Origin: Paragordius varius
Lineage: Eukaryota; Animalia; Nematomorpha
Length of the DNA stretch: 64,000 bases
Assembly: GCA_964247055.1 (NCBI GenBank)
Contig: OZ176051.1
Location: 4,216,001-4,280,000, forward strand
Direction: 5' to 3'
The notes under the pieces were generated by a model. It saw nothing but the letters and a program-made list of their open reading frames with translations. It was not told the DNA's origin and did no database searches. The translations under genes and the position numbers were made by a program. Positions 12,801-24,359 of the stretch are shown here, piece by piece (within the stretch, counting starts at the first letter, position 1; the number at the start of each line of letters is the position of its first letter).

Positions 12801-13829
12801 CTTACTTATACTTAACATATCATACATAATATAGATTTTGGCCAATTATTGATGATGCAATTCGTGATGCCGCCCTAAGCCGCAAAATTAGTGTAAAAAT
12901 GTTAATAAGTTGGTGGCCACATACGAATCCTCGTATGTTTCCTTTCTTACAATCTCTAACCGATTTAACTGCAAATAAATTGGCTGACATTCAAATTGTA
13001 AGGATTTATATAAATCTTTTAATTTTATTTTCTTTAAAATTTATTTTTATATATAAATTTTATTTGTATATATTTTTTGAAATTTCTTTACTAATTATAT
13101 CGCTGCTTAATTAATATATTACTTGTCATAATTTTTTCATTTTTACTTTATATTAAAAAGTTTAACACTTGAATACAATACATTCACTTCGAACCTTCGA
13201 TTCAAATTGGGGTCGTCAGATACCCTAGGCCTGTTTACAATCAAATACTTCAAAAAATATGAAATGAATTGAAACAATGGCAAATGTTTGCACTTATATA
13301 ACATTAATGAACCTAAATATAAAAAAACTAATTTAAAAATTCTTGATATACTTATTTTAAGGTAAAACCCAAAGGTAAAAATTTAGTCAACATCACATGT
13401 GTGCATTAGCTAAATTTAAAAAAACAACAAAATAAACCACTTTTTCTGTTTTTATCAATGTTAGATGAGATTTAAAAAAAAATTAGCCTTAATTTAGCTT
13501 TAAAATCAAAATAACACGATATTTTGCAGGAATGTTTTAAAATAAAAATGACGTCGAAGTAGTTTGATATGGATATTTTTTCAAATTTTATTTAGATATT
13601 TCGGCTTAATTATATAATTTTTATCAGGATAGAAATATAATTTTAAATTGGCACCGTTTCTTTCAGTAGGTTTTAAAAATATTAATTTAAGAATATAGTC
13701 TGGGCTATTTAGATACCCCAATTTGAATTGAAGCCTTTCGACGGTTTAAATATATATTGGCATAGTTGGGATATCAATAACATTTATTAACATAATTATT
13801 TTCCCATTATTAAAATCAGTTTTTATTAC

Positions 13830-13877
<48 letters not shown>

Positions 13878-14771
13878 TATCGTTTACATTATATATATAT
13901 ATATGATTAAAATCGTTGCATTTTATATCTATATTTTTTTAGAAAATAATTGTAATCCCAGCATATAATGAAAGTCAGAAAAATATACCCTATGCTCGAG
14001 TAAATCATGCTAAATATATGGTTACCGATGAAGAGGCATATATAGGTTTTAATTAAATTGAACTTTTGCAAACATTTGAAATTATAAAATTAAGGATATT
14101 AATATTTACCTATAACCATTGAAAATGATTTTTTGAAAAAATTTTAATGTTACTAATTAACTGAACATAGTATTTTTATGGGTTTACTGAAAATAACTTT
14201 CGTGCAAAATTTTTCATTTTCAAAACTGGAATAAAATAATCACTTATATAGATAAACAATTTTTTTTCTAGTATTATTAAACATTTACAGTAAAAATTGA
14301 AATTATACGGATGAAATGTAAAAATATAAAGACAAATATTTTTTTCTAAAAGACAACCATAGTTTTTAAATCTCAATTCATTGTTTTAAACTGTAAAGAA
14401 AAAAATAGAGATGTATATTGGTAACACAATCAATTATGCATTATTGTAATAAATAATTTTTACAGGATAAACTTAGGTTTAAAAAGTATGGTTGTATTTT
14501 TGGTAAAAAAAAGTTGTCTTTATCTTTTTTACGTTTTTTTCGGTATAATTTAATTTTTACTGTAATTCCGATAGGAACATCAAACTGGAGCGCTGATTAC
14601 TTTTTATGGACTGGAGGGGTGAGTTTAGTCATTAAACCCATTGGACTTTCCAATGAAAACGTAACAAACGAAAATAAAAATGTTCGCAATGATTTACAAT
14701 CAATCTTTTTACGTGATTGGCAAAGTGATTTGAGTGTTGCTCTTCAAAATTTTACAATCCCTCATACTTGA
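9815..14771 (+). CDS. PLD3: PLD3/PLD4-family phospholipase D (type II membrane 5'-3' exonuclease family), 473 aa
   Basis: Exons 9815-9978, 10002-10176, 10203-10314, 10341-10474, 11122-11221, 11828-11961, 12285-12424, 12835-12997, 13943-14045 and 14575-14771. N-terminal TM segment, [70 protein letters not shown]. Confidence 0.96.
10690..10733 (-). ncRNA. Degenerate minimal type I hammerhead ribozyme (Penelope-like-element style)
   Basis: Minus strand reads GTGTGA-CTGATGA-GTCC(gcaacaa)GGAC-AAC-ACGCGT-T-TCACAC. Stem I is a perfect 6 bp, stem II 4 bp, and stem III the palindrome ACGCGT. The conserved GAA reads AAC, so it is probably inactive. Confidence 0.65.
13196..13732. mobile_element. Non-autonomous TIR element family C, copy 1 (PLD3 intron 8)
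   Basis: TIRs ttcgattcaaattggggt...accccaatttgaattgaa; the ~540-bp interior is homologous to 30453-30972 and ~42650-43156. Confidence 0.85.
13833..13905. repeat. (TA)n microsatellite (shorter tracts near 2740, 5420, 8130, 24130)
   Basis: Long uninterrupted TA run shortly upstream of the PLD3 exon 9 acceptor. Confidence 0.95.
14306..14547. mobile_element. MITE family D, copy 1 (PLD3 last intron)
   Basis: Inverted arms aaagacaaatatt...aaaagacaaccata / tatggttgta...gttgtcttt; homologous to 21601-21826. Confidence 0.7.
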
Positions 14772-16160
14772 TAATATATATACATAAATTCGGACTTTTA
14801 ATGAAGACAAAAAAAATGCAAATTTATTTATATCATCTAGTTGTTTTGTGTGACAAATGCAACATATATTTATTAAATCTACAACAAAATAAATGGATAA
14901 TATATTGTATATTTGTAACTTTTTTTATAAAATGGAATTGTGCGCATGTAAAAGTTAACCACGTTGAGATTTGGTAAATTTTTTTGCATACATGTTATCA
15001 GGAATGTTGTTGAAGTAGTCTATAACCATATCTCATAGCCATCCCAACGCTAATAAAAAAAATATATACTTAAACATATGTCAATGATGTTTTGTTTAAA
15101 CCAGGGCGGCCTACACAAGTGTATTATCAGCCAGCATAGATATTTTTTGTCTTTTTATTATTATTTAATTTAAAAATTTTAATTTAAAATAAAAAATTTA
15201 AATAATCGCGCAGAATTTAGTTGAAACACAAAATTTTTTTGCCTCTTAAATTTTTTGCAGCCCGAACATAAATCATTAATGGTTTCATATATGGATATCC
15301 CTTTTTAAACGATGACATATTTTACTATTAAATTATTTGTTTTTTAACATTCAAGTCATTCATACAATTGATTTTTATGATGAATTAAACATAGTTTGTG
15401 TTAAATGAATCAAAACTTATTGGCATGTTTTTTAAGTCAAGCGATACAAAAAAAAATTATCAGTAAACATTTTAAAACATGCAATTATATTGGAGTGTCA
15501 CGAATTATGTGAAAATATTCAGCTATTGGACATTTACAAATGAGATACAGAAGTTAAAAAAAGTTTCAATTAAACAAAGCATGTTATTCAAAACACTAAT
15601 GTTTTTTAATACAAACTTATCACTTAATTCAACACTTTTTTCATCCATATAAACTTTTAGCATTTACTTTTCAATTAGATGATTTTAAATATAATCATAT
15701 GATTGTCGTTGAATTAAATGGCTTATATAAATTAGATGATTTTTATGGTCTGTTTAAATTTACCGATTGAAAATAATATAAACTCATCCTTTTTAGTGAA
15801 AAACATGAGACGGCACATAATTCCTAAAGTCAAAATTTCCCAACTAAAAAATAATGTAAATTATAATTAAAGTCATAATAAAAATGCATATTTCATCCCA
15901 TACTAGAATTTACTTTTCACTTTTTTATAGACCGATACGTGGCATTATTTTTACCAGAGCTGTTAACTTGTAAACTTAATTTTGTGGAAATATGATTTCA
16001 TCTGCAGTTTTAATACAGGTTGTTACAAATATAGTACATTATTCTAATTTCATAAGATGATATTAAATAAAAATTGATAAAAAAAATGTTGACGTATAAG
16101 AAATCGAAAATAACTTATATTTTTACGGGCAAAAATATTTGTATCAAACGAAAAAATTAC

Positions 16161-16497
16161 CTCAAACAAGTGATTAATCCGGCAGGCATAAATTTCCCAC
16201 TTTTATAAAAACGTGAGCCCATAAGAATCGCCAATGCCATTGAAGTCCCTTAAAAATTAATATGTAAGCAAAACCAAAAATCATATAGCAATTGTTGGGG
16301 TCTTTGGAGGTCAAATATGCACCGTAAGTTATCGCGGATCCAAACAAAAGACCAGCAATCAAGGATACTGGACTTCCTAAAATATGATTTTGACTGAAAC
16401 CTGCTTTCAGATAGCCCATTATACCTCCAGTAGCAACTATACCTGCATAACTATAACCTAAGATATCATATTTGTTAGCATTATTATGCAAATCCAT
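16161..16497 (-). CDS. TMEM14: TMEM14-family small membrane protein (last exon unresolved, lies at lower coordinates than 16161)
   Basis: Exons 16497-16401, 16376-16275 and 16248-16161 (introns 24 and 26 nt): [47 protein letters not shown]...MGSRFYKSGKFMPAGLI. A candidate terminal segment LTALVKIMPRIGL* lies near 15925-15965, but the splice phase was not resolved. Confidence 0.92.
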
Positions 16498-16560
16498 AAT
16501 AACCACCGCGTGTGGATATATTAAACAGCTATAGCACTTTTTAACGCTTGATTGATCTTC

Positions 16561-17617
16561 ATGCCACCTACTACTGAAAAAACACTCTACCTAGTTTTTT
16601 TGGGACCTCCTGGTTCTGGTAAAGGAACACAGGTAAAAACATATATTTTTAGTCATAAAGGCCAAAAAAATTATAGATAAATATCATGTCTTCCATTTAT
16701 CATCCGGTATATTCATTAGTTTTTTTAATGATAAATAGGTGATCTTTTGCGAGAAATCGCAGCAACAGGTTCCGATCTTGGAAAAAAAGTTAAAGCTATT
16801 ATGGATCGAGGAGAATTAGTTCCAGATCATGTTTTGTTTGAAATATTTGAAGAGAAACTTAAATCGCCAGATTGTAAACACGGTGTAATATTTGATGGGT
16901 TTCCTCGCAATATTGCACAGGCTGAAGAGGTTACTAACTTAGATTTTTATTAAGTTAAAATACAAATGTATTTATTTAATTTTTAATATTTCTATGCACA
17001 AAAATATTACAAATATTTTTCTTTTGTTAAAATATTTAAATCAATAAATATTTTTAAACATATTTTTCTCGAGTTTAATATATTTACTATTCTGAACTAT
17101 ATTATGTTCTGTCTAGTTGGAAAAAATGATGCATAGGCTAAATCGAAAGTTTAATTGCGTCATAGAGTTTCGTGTTCCAGATCAGGATTTGGTGGATAGA
17201 ATAACTGGACGCCTGGTGCATTTACCTAGTGGTCGAACATATAACATCAAATTTAATCCTCCCAAAATACCCATGAAAGATGATGTATTTAGTTAAAATT
17301 TATTTTATGACAATTAAAGATTTAGATGTTGAATAAGATTCAAATAAAATAATTTAATCAATTTTACCATAAATAACTATAATTTTTTCAGTTACTCCAT
17401 AATTTGTATTTTTTTATAGGTAACAGGTGAACCCTTAACTCAACGAAAGGACGATAATGTTGAAGTTTTAAAGGAAAGGTTAAAAGTATATCATTCCCAA
17501 ACAGCACCCTTGATTGAATTTTACGAGAAGAAAAAACTACTTTCTGTTGTTGATGCTTCCAAATCTCTCGATGAGGTTTCTCAGGCTGTGTTTAGTGCAA
17601 TATCCAAGAGCATTTAA
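16561..17617 (+). CDS. AK2: Adenylate kinase, long LID-containing AK2 type, 224 aa
   Basis: Exons 16561-16632, 16661-16706, 16739-16929, 17117-17284 and 17420-17617. P-loop [54 protein letters not shown]. Confidence 0.95.
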
Positions 17618-17647
17618 ATAATACTCTTTTTTTACTCATTTATTTAT

Positions 17648-18001
17648 TCATTCAAAAGATAACATTGATAATAGTTTTTTGTTTGCTGTTGTGTTGCTAA
17701 AAGCATCTTCCAAAAATATATGCAATGATTTTATCTGCTTTATTTTGTGTGATTCCTGTTTTGCGTTCCAAAAATTTGAATAAATTATTGTGTTTTTGGT
17801 AAATAATCTTCATAATATGAATATCAAATCATACTCATTAGAGGGAATCGATTTAGTATTCTCATTTATTATTTTGCCCTGTGTTTTTTTGGCAATAATA
17901 TTAATTTCGTGAGTTATCTTTAATCGTTTTGATAAATCCAAAGGTTCCAATTCTTTATCTATATCGGTTGCATCGGAATCGAATTCTGGGTCACATGACA
18001 T
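17648..18001 (-). CDS. Hypothetical 108-aa protein with a PLDLS motif
   Basis: Exons 18001-17835 and 17807-17648; removing a 27-nt GT-AG intron restores a continuous frame ending at TGA 17650-17648. The true start could be further upstream. No family recognised. Confidence 0.6.
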
Positions 18002-18217
18002 TGTAAGAATCGTCTGCTTACGATTACGTTTCTCCAATTTTATATGAATATTATTAATTATATTTTCTTGAAATTTAAATTATTCAAAAGATTATGTTTA
18101 TTTAGGAAAATGTCCTTAATATATTAATAAATCTAAGATAATATTTTTGAATTTATTATTCAATAATAAACGAATTGTATAATTATAAATGTCAGACGAT
18201 TTTATATATCAGGACAT

Positions 18218-21200
18218 ATGAATACTTATATAATAAATAATATTGAAAATGTTTTCGCTCAAATCATAAGTGATTTAGCTCAAAGTCAACACCCTTCTCT
18301 CGTGTTCATATTAAAGTAAAAAACCCACAAATATTTAGTTCCGAGAATACAAAAAATATAAAATTATTTCAATCAAGATCTAAAGATCGATTTGGGAAAT
18401 ATGTGCATGTTATATCCACTATCTATAAAATGATTGTTTTTAACACTGTAGTCACCAAGAGGTATCTTTATTTCAATTATTAGGGAATTATATTACCGGT
18501 ATAAAATCATATACAAGACCCAGAGAGTTCTTGATTATATTTTGTATGATATAATGCGTACTTGGAATGTAGAACGAATTAGTCTAAACATAGTAATTTT
18601 TAAACAATTTTAGTCTTCCACATCTAAAGGATTAATATATGGAAACGTAGCGATAAGTGGTAAAAATATATCTATTAAATCTGGCGTCGAAATAGGAACC
18701 GATATGAAAAGTATTAAATAATTTTAACAATCTTGAAGTTCTCAACACTATTATACCACAATACATATTAATAATCGAGAAAGATTCGTGTTTTCAAAAT
18801 ATAATTGATGAAGGTTTTATGCAAAAATATTCTAAAGGAGTCCTAATTACAGTAAAATATCGATTAATGGTAGGGTAAAGGATATCCGGATATAAACACT
18901 CGACATTTAATTGTGGAATTAAAAAATACGTTTCCAAATACACCCTTACTCATGCTAACAGATTGTGATCCACATGGTATGCTTGTGTTTAATTCTTAGG
19001 AATGGATATTATGAGTGTTTATCGTTTTGGGTCAAAGGTAACTATACTTGTTTGATATTGCGTTCTTAGAATTAGTAAATTAAAGTTTTACTTAAAATAT
19101 GGTGTCCTAATAACAGAGTACTAAATTACTACAATATTTATGGTAAAATTAATAAAAATATTCCGGAATCGAACCGTCGGTTTTAAGTCAATTTTTTGTC
19201 ACTGGTTCGGCTCCACATATTTTTTAGAAAAGCGGTTTCGGAATGTTTTGCCGCAAAATATTAGGTTCATGTTCTTTTGTTTTTAATACACGGAGCTCAG
19301 CAAAAAATAAATGTTAATGAATCATATATTTTTCGATAGCTAAAACCTTCACGATAATATAATATATGCAGTTAAAAAAAGTTATTTTAATTTTTCTGTT
19401 ATTAGCCAAAATTAAAAAATTGCATCTTCATCGCACTTTAGGTCAAATAAAATTAATTACAATAGATGAAAACGTGTCAACTAAATTTTATTTGTTTCGA
19501 TATAGCATAAGGATAATTAAACGCAAAATATTATCAATAGAGTTTTGCATTTTTTTGGAGGGTCCTAGAAAGGCTTACACGCACTTTGGCGTCAAATTTG
19601 AACAATAAAAACTTGTTAGTATGCGGTAAAAGATTTTAATTTTTATTAAAAAAATCATACATCAAGTTATATATAGAGTTTACCCAATAAATCGCCTTCA
19701 AAAAAATTAAGCCTTATATAAAGAAGAAAATTTTTCGATACTTTGGACCAAAGCGCAGGCTGCGTATAATTTTTACTAAACATCCAATCAAAATATATAA
19801 ATAATTTTCCCTGAAAAAAAATCTATCATCTCAGATTTTTTATTTGGGAAATTTTACCCGAAAATCTTGATTATATATTTTGAGCGCCTTTTTTACCGGC
19901 TTTATGCCATGAAAATTTCAGAAATAAAAAACTGAGTCGATAGATAGTTCTGCATCAAATTGTATAGAAATGAAATTATAATATATATGTTGAATTTTTG
20001 TAAAAATAATAAGCAACTTCCGCTTTGGAGCAAATTATCGATTTTTGTATATAACTTATATATTTTTTAAGGTATGTTGAGTAACCTCTATATATAATAA
20101 TATATGATTGTTTTAATAAAAATTAAAATATTTTAGCACATATTAACAAGTTTTTATGATTCAAATATAACGCCAAAGTCCGGATTTTTAGCTTATATTC
20201 TAAAATATCTTTTTAAGACCCTCCGAAAAAATGTAAAATCTTTATTGATAATATTTACGTTTAGAATTATTCTTATTTTTCATCGATTGTTTATAATTTT
20301 TTTGATCAAATATGCGATAAAAATGACATTTTTATATCATAAAATTGAAATAATTTTTTTTCTATTATTTTAACCGCATATATCATTTTGATATTCATTA
20401 TCCTGAATTTTAAATGGTGTATAATTCATTAACCTATATTTTTTGATCCCCGCACAGCAATATAATGTTTGTGATTCCATTATTCATAAATACCCTAATA
20501 TAGAAATATTTAGAACCGTGTCAATAAAAAATACAAATGTTAAAATATATTTTTATGATTTAAACCATTCACGGTGTTTAAATAAATTTTAATTGAATGT
20601 AGATTAGTCGCAAAAACAGTAATATAAGGACGATATGCCTCCAAAATATAAAAAAACAATAATACATAAATAATGTTTAAGATATAAGATAAAAATCAGA
20701 ATAAACTCGAATTTTTAGAGGTCCAAAACGGTTTTTGTTAGAATCCTTGCAATTTACTTATTACGATAATTCTCACTTAATTATTATAATTTTAAAATTA
20801 AACATAATAAATAAATCCCAAAGTAAATGCAAAAATGTAAAAAAAGTATTTTTATATAGATCTTCAAATTATTTTGTAAATCTTAATGGTTTTGTAAACT
20901 AATTTTAGGAATTCGATTACACCAACAAACTAAATTGTTTAGATATAATTTGGATTGGTATAAAACCGAGTGAAATAAAAAGGTAAAAACATATTAAAAT
21001 AATTGCATAGATTTAATATTCCGGCTGCAAGTTTGATTCCATTCTCCAAATTTGATGAAAGAAAATGTTTGGAGCTAATCAAAAAACCACATTTTATTGA
21101 AAATGAAAACCTTTTAAACGAGGTATTTTTCCCAATGATTATGTCACTATAAACGTTTTATATATAACATATCCAACAAATGCGTAATTATAGCGAAATC

Positions 21201-21537
21201 ATTGTAAAAAAAGTCAATTAAAATTTGGTGAGATATCTGTTTTTTATAAAAATAATTAATATTATACATACTTATCATAATTTAATTGCTGTAATTAAAT
21301 ATCAAAATTTAAATATAGCTAAAAAAATAACCGTTGTTTAACAAGATTTACAACCAAGTTAACAGTTTAACTATGATAATAAAAAATAAACTTAAATTTT
21401 ATAATTTTTTCTAATAGGTTCAACTATTGATGGACCTCAAACACAAAGCCGAAATCGAAAATTTGTCAAGGATCAAAGAAAACTTTTTAACCAGCATTTA
21501 TTTACCCCTTAAAATGCATGAATTATCCATTATATAG
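18218..21537 (+). CDS. SPO11: Meiotic recombination protein SPO11 (TopoVIA family), 328 aa
   Basis: Exons 18218-18315, 18339-18461, 18484-18592, 18614-18710, 18739-18851, 18874-18976, 19000-19037, 20909-20982, 21011-21122 and 21418-21537 are all phase-consistent. Motifs TKRELYY (catalytic Tyr), STSKGLIYG, LIIEKDSCFQ, ITGKGYPD, LTDCDPHG (Toprim DxD), WIGIKPSEI, KAEIE. Confidence 0.95.
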
Positions 21538-21600
21538 AATAAATGATTGTACGTTTTACTATAATATTATATCACATTTTACACATTTTATATACACTTA

Positions 21601-21826
21601 AACAAAAAGTAAGGACTAAAAGACATGTATTAAAAAAGACAACCATATTTTTAAAATCTTCATCTAGCCTATCTTTCTGGATCGAAAAATAAGAACTAGA
21701 GATGTAAATTGTTATAACAATTAAATGGTATGAATTAAATTATAATTACATGGTTATATTCAAGCTTTATAAAAGTATGGTTGTCTTTTTGTTGCAAAAT
21801 ATTTGTCTTTTAGTTTTTACGTTTTG
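21601..21826. mobile_element. MITE family D, copy 2 (between the SPO11 and SDF2 stop codons)
   Basis: Arms actaaaagaca...aaaagacaaccata / tatggttgtctttt...tgtcttttagt. Confidence 0.7.
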
Positions 21827-21856
21827 TCCTTATTGTAAGTTAAAAGTGATTATTAT

Positions 21857-23926
21857 TTATAATTCATTATGGATTGGATCATTGTTAATTTCATCTTCGA
21901 GTGTGGGTGGTTTAACATACAAACCCTCAACCGTCCTCCAATTGCAATGTTTAGAATCGTGCATTTGTTCTGAAACACAGCAGGCTTCATATTGGCCCTC
22001 TATGGGCCTTTGATATGTGTGACCAGATATACCAAGGTAACTATGTGTGCAAAAAAACAGATTATGAATAAAGTTTGAGGAAAAAAATCTAATTTTCCAA
22101 TTTTATTTTTAGTTTACAACAGCTTTCAAAAGTTTATAATTTATTGTTGATTAAATGAGAGCAAATTGATAATAGCAATAACTAAACATGTCATATAATA
22201 TTACAATAATGTTAATTGTGAACTTCTCGATAGATTTTATTTTTGATTGAAATATATAATTACCAATTTGTACTTTGATGGCGTAACATTACGGGGGTAC
22301 TTCGCTTCCAATAATCTCCTTTACACAATACTATCCAATTATCTGAAAAATATATGATAAAATTAATTTAATTTTGTAAAACTTTTCTAATCTTTAAACA
22401 TATAAACCTTAATAATAATTTTTAAATTTATATATTTTTAACAATTTTTAACCTATTTTTAATATTTTTTAAAATATAATGCTTAACTAAAACAAATTAT
22501 CTTGACGCTTAATAGATAGATAAAAATAATATAAAAGAATATTTAAATCATAAAATTCAAAAAAATATTTGATTTAAAAACCTGAGTTATCATTAAGGTC
22601 AACATCAGTGCTGACTTCTTGATTAGAGGTAAGTGGTGCGTTATATAATTCATCCGATCTTAAAAACTCTTGATTAACCATGTGTTTTAATCGGATGGCA
22701 GAATTGCATGGAATATATTCGCTTATAAAAATAATAAAAATTAACACTTCATGACCTTTTGGGGTAATTTTTATCTCAGAGTGATTTGTAATATAAATAT
22801 CTTAAAAATATTTAAAGTACAGGCCAAATTTAAATATATACTATATTTAGCCTTTGAGGCGCATATTATAAATTTTTCTAAAAAATGTAAAATTGTAAAA
22901 AAATCCTCATCTTACACTATTTTCTATAAATTTTTCAATCGTTAATGCACCAGACAGATAAAAATATGTTATGGTTCATGAAAATAATTAAATTGGCTTT
23001 TAGGTTGCATTATTAAAATCAGCTTTTTAGTTAAATCGTGTTTTTGTCCTAATTGCTAGAAACAACAAAAATAAACTTTTTTATCTAATACATGAAAACA
23101 TTGTTAGATGATTAAATTTTAACTAAAAAAACTTCAAAGAGTATTTATACAAGATTGAGGTCTGGGATTAAAACTCCTCAAATATGTCATTAGGACAAAA
23201 AAGGTAATGAAATGTTAATAATAATAAATGTAAAATTTCATATAAACATAAAAAATTGTATATAAAATATTTTTTAATGATTTTCATTCTTGCATAAATA
23301 TTTTTTAAAGAATACAAGTTATTTTCCCACCAATATCAATAACTACATAATGATAGACAATTAACATTTGTACCTTCTCAATCTAATGAAATTGATTAAA
23401 GAGCTAAGGAAATCCATTAAACAGACATGTATGAACTTATTTTTTGCAACTTTATTAGTAAATTTAAAAGACAATAAAAAATAATAAGGCGTCAAAAATT
23501 AATTAATTGTTATTGAAACATTATTAATCCGTACAAACAGACTGCATATTTTGAAAATCATAGAAAAACCATAAAGATATTAAATTAAATTTGATTTTGG
23601 GTTATAGGAATATTTACCCTCTTTTTGTTTGATTATTTCGCCCATTAAATATGACCCAATAGCTGTTTTTATCATCGCTGTTGGTAACGCCAGTAACACT
23701 CTATATATTGTTATTAAGATGGTAAATACGTGTCTATAACTTCCAGTACTGTATTTCACGTCGTGAGAATGTAAACGAACCTGATAACCAAGATTAGTCA
23801 ACTTAACTAAACTAGTTTGAGTGACATAATCATATAATTCTATTATAAATAAAAATGTAACAGACCTTTTGCAGAAACAGGCAAAAAGATGATACCTAAT
23901 ACTTTTAAAAATACGAACAAATTCAT
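21857..23926 (-). CDS. SDF2: Stromal cell-derived factor 2 family (SDF2/SDF2L1), MIR-domain ER protein, 218 aa
   Basis: Exons 23926-23866, 23839-23730, 23700-23618, 22721-22582, 22342-22264 and 22040-21857. Signal peptide, VKLTNLGYQVRLHSHDVKY, SVTGVTNSDDKNSYW, PLTSNQEVS, NWRTVEGLYVKP, C-terminal HNEL. Confidence 0.93.
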
Positions 23927-24359
23927 ATGTAAACAAGTAAACAAGTAAAGGGTGTAGCGTCGGAAGATCGTCGGCCACCTGCCGTCAAGGCAATCCCTAC
24001 CCACCCGTAATGCATTGAGCTTCAGAGCGGGGAAACACATCGGAGGTTGGGGTTGACGTTAGTATCTACATACATAAATAAAAGCCTTCATGTTAGATGT
24101 GTTAATGGGAGTTAGTATAGTTAATAAGCTATATATATATATATATATACATATATTTTTAAAAGAAATGTTAATATCGCCTTGTTAGGTAAATAAAAGC
24201 AGTATTTGAGTTTAAATAACCGTACAAACAGAGTTTGATTACTCCATAAAGTAATGTCAAAGGTCTATATTGGATCAAATGTAGAGTTAATTAAGCTCTT
24301 ATCTTTGGTGTGGAAGGGGGTCTTCTTTTGCTTCTAAATGAGTGTGGCCTTTAAGGTAG

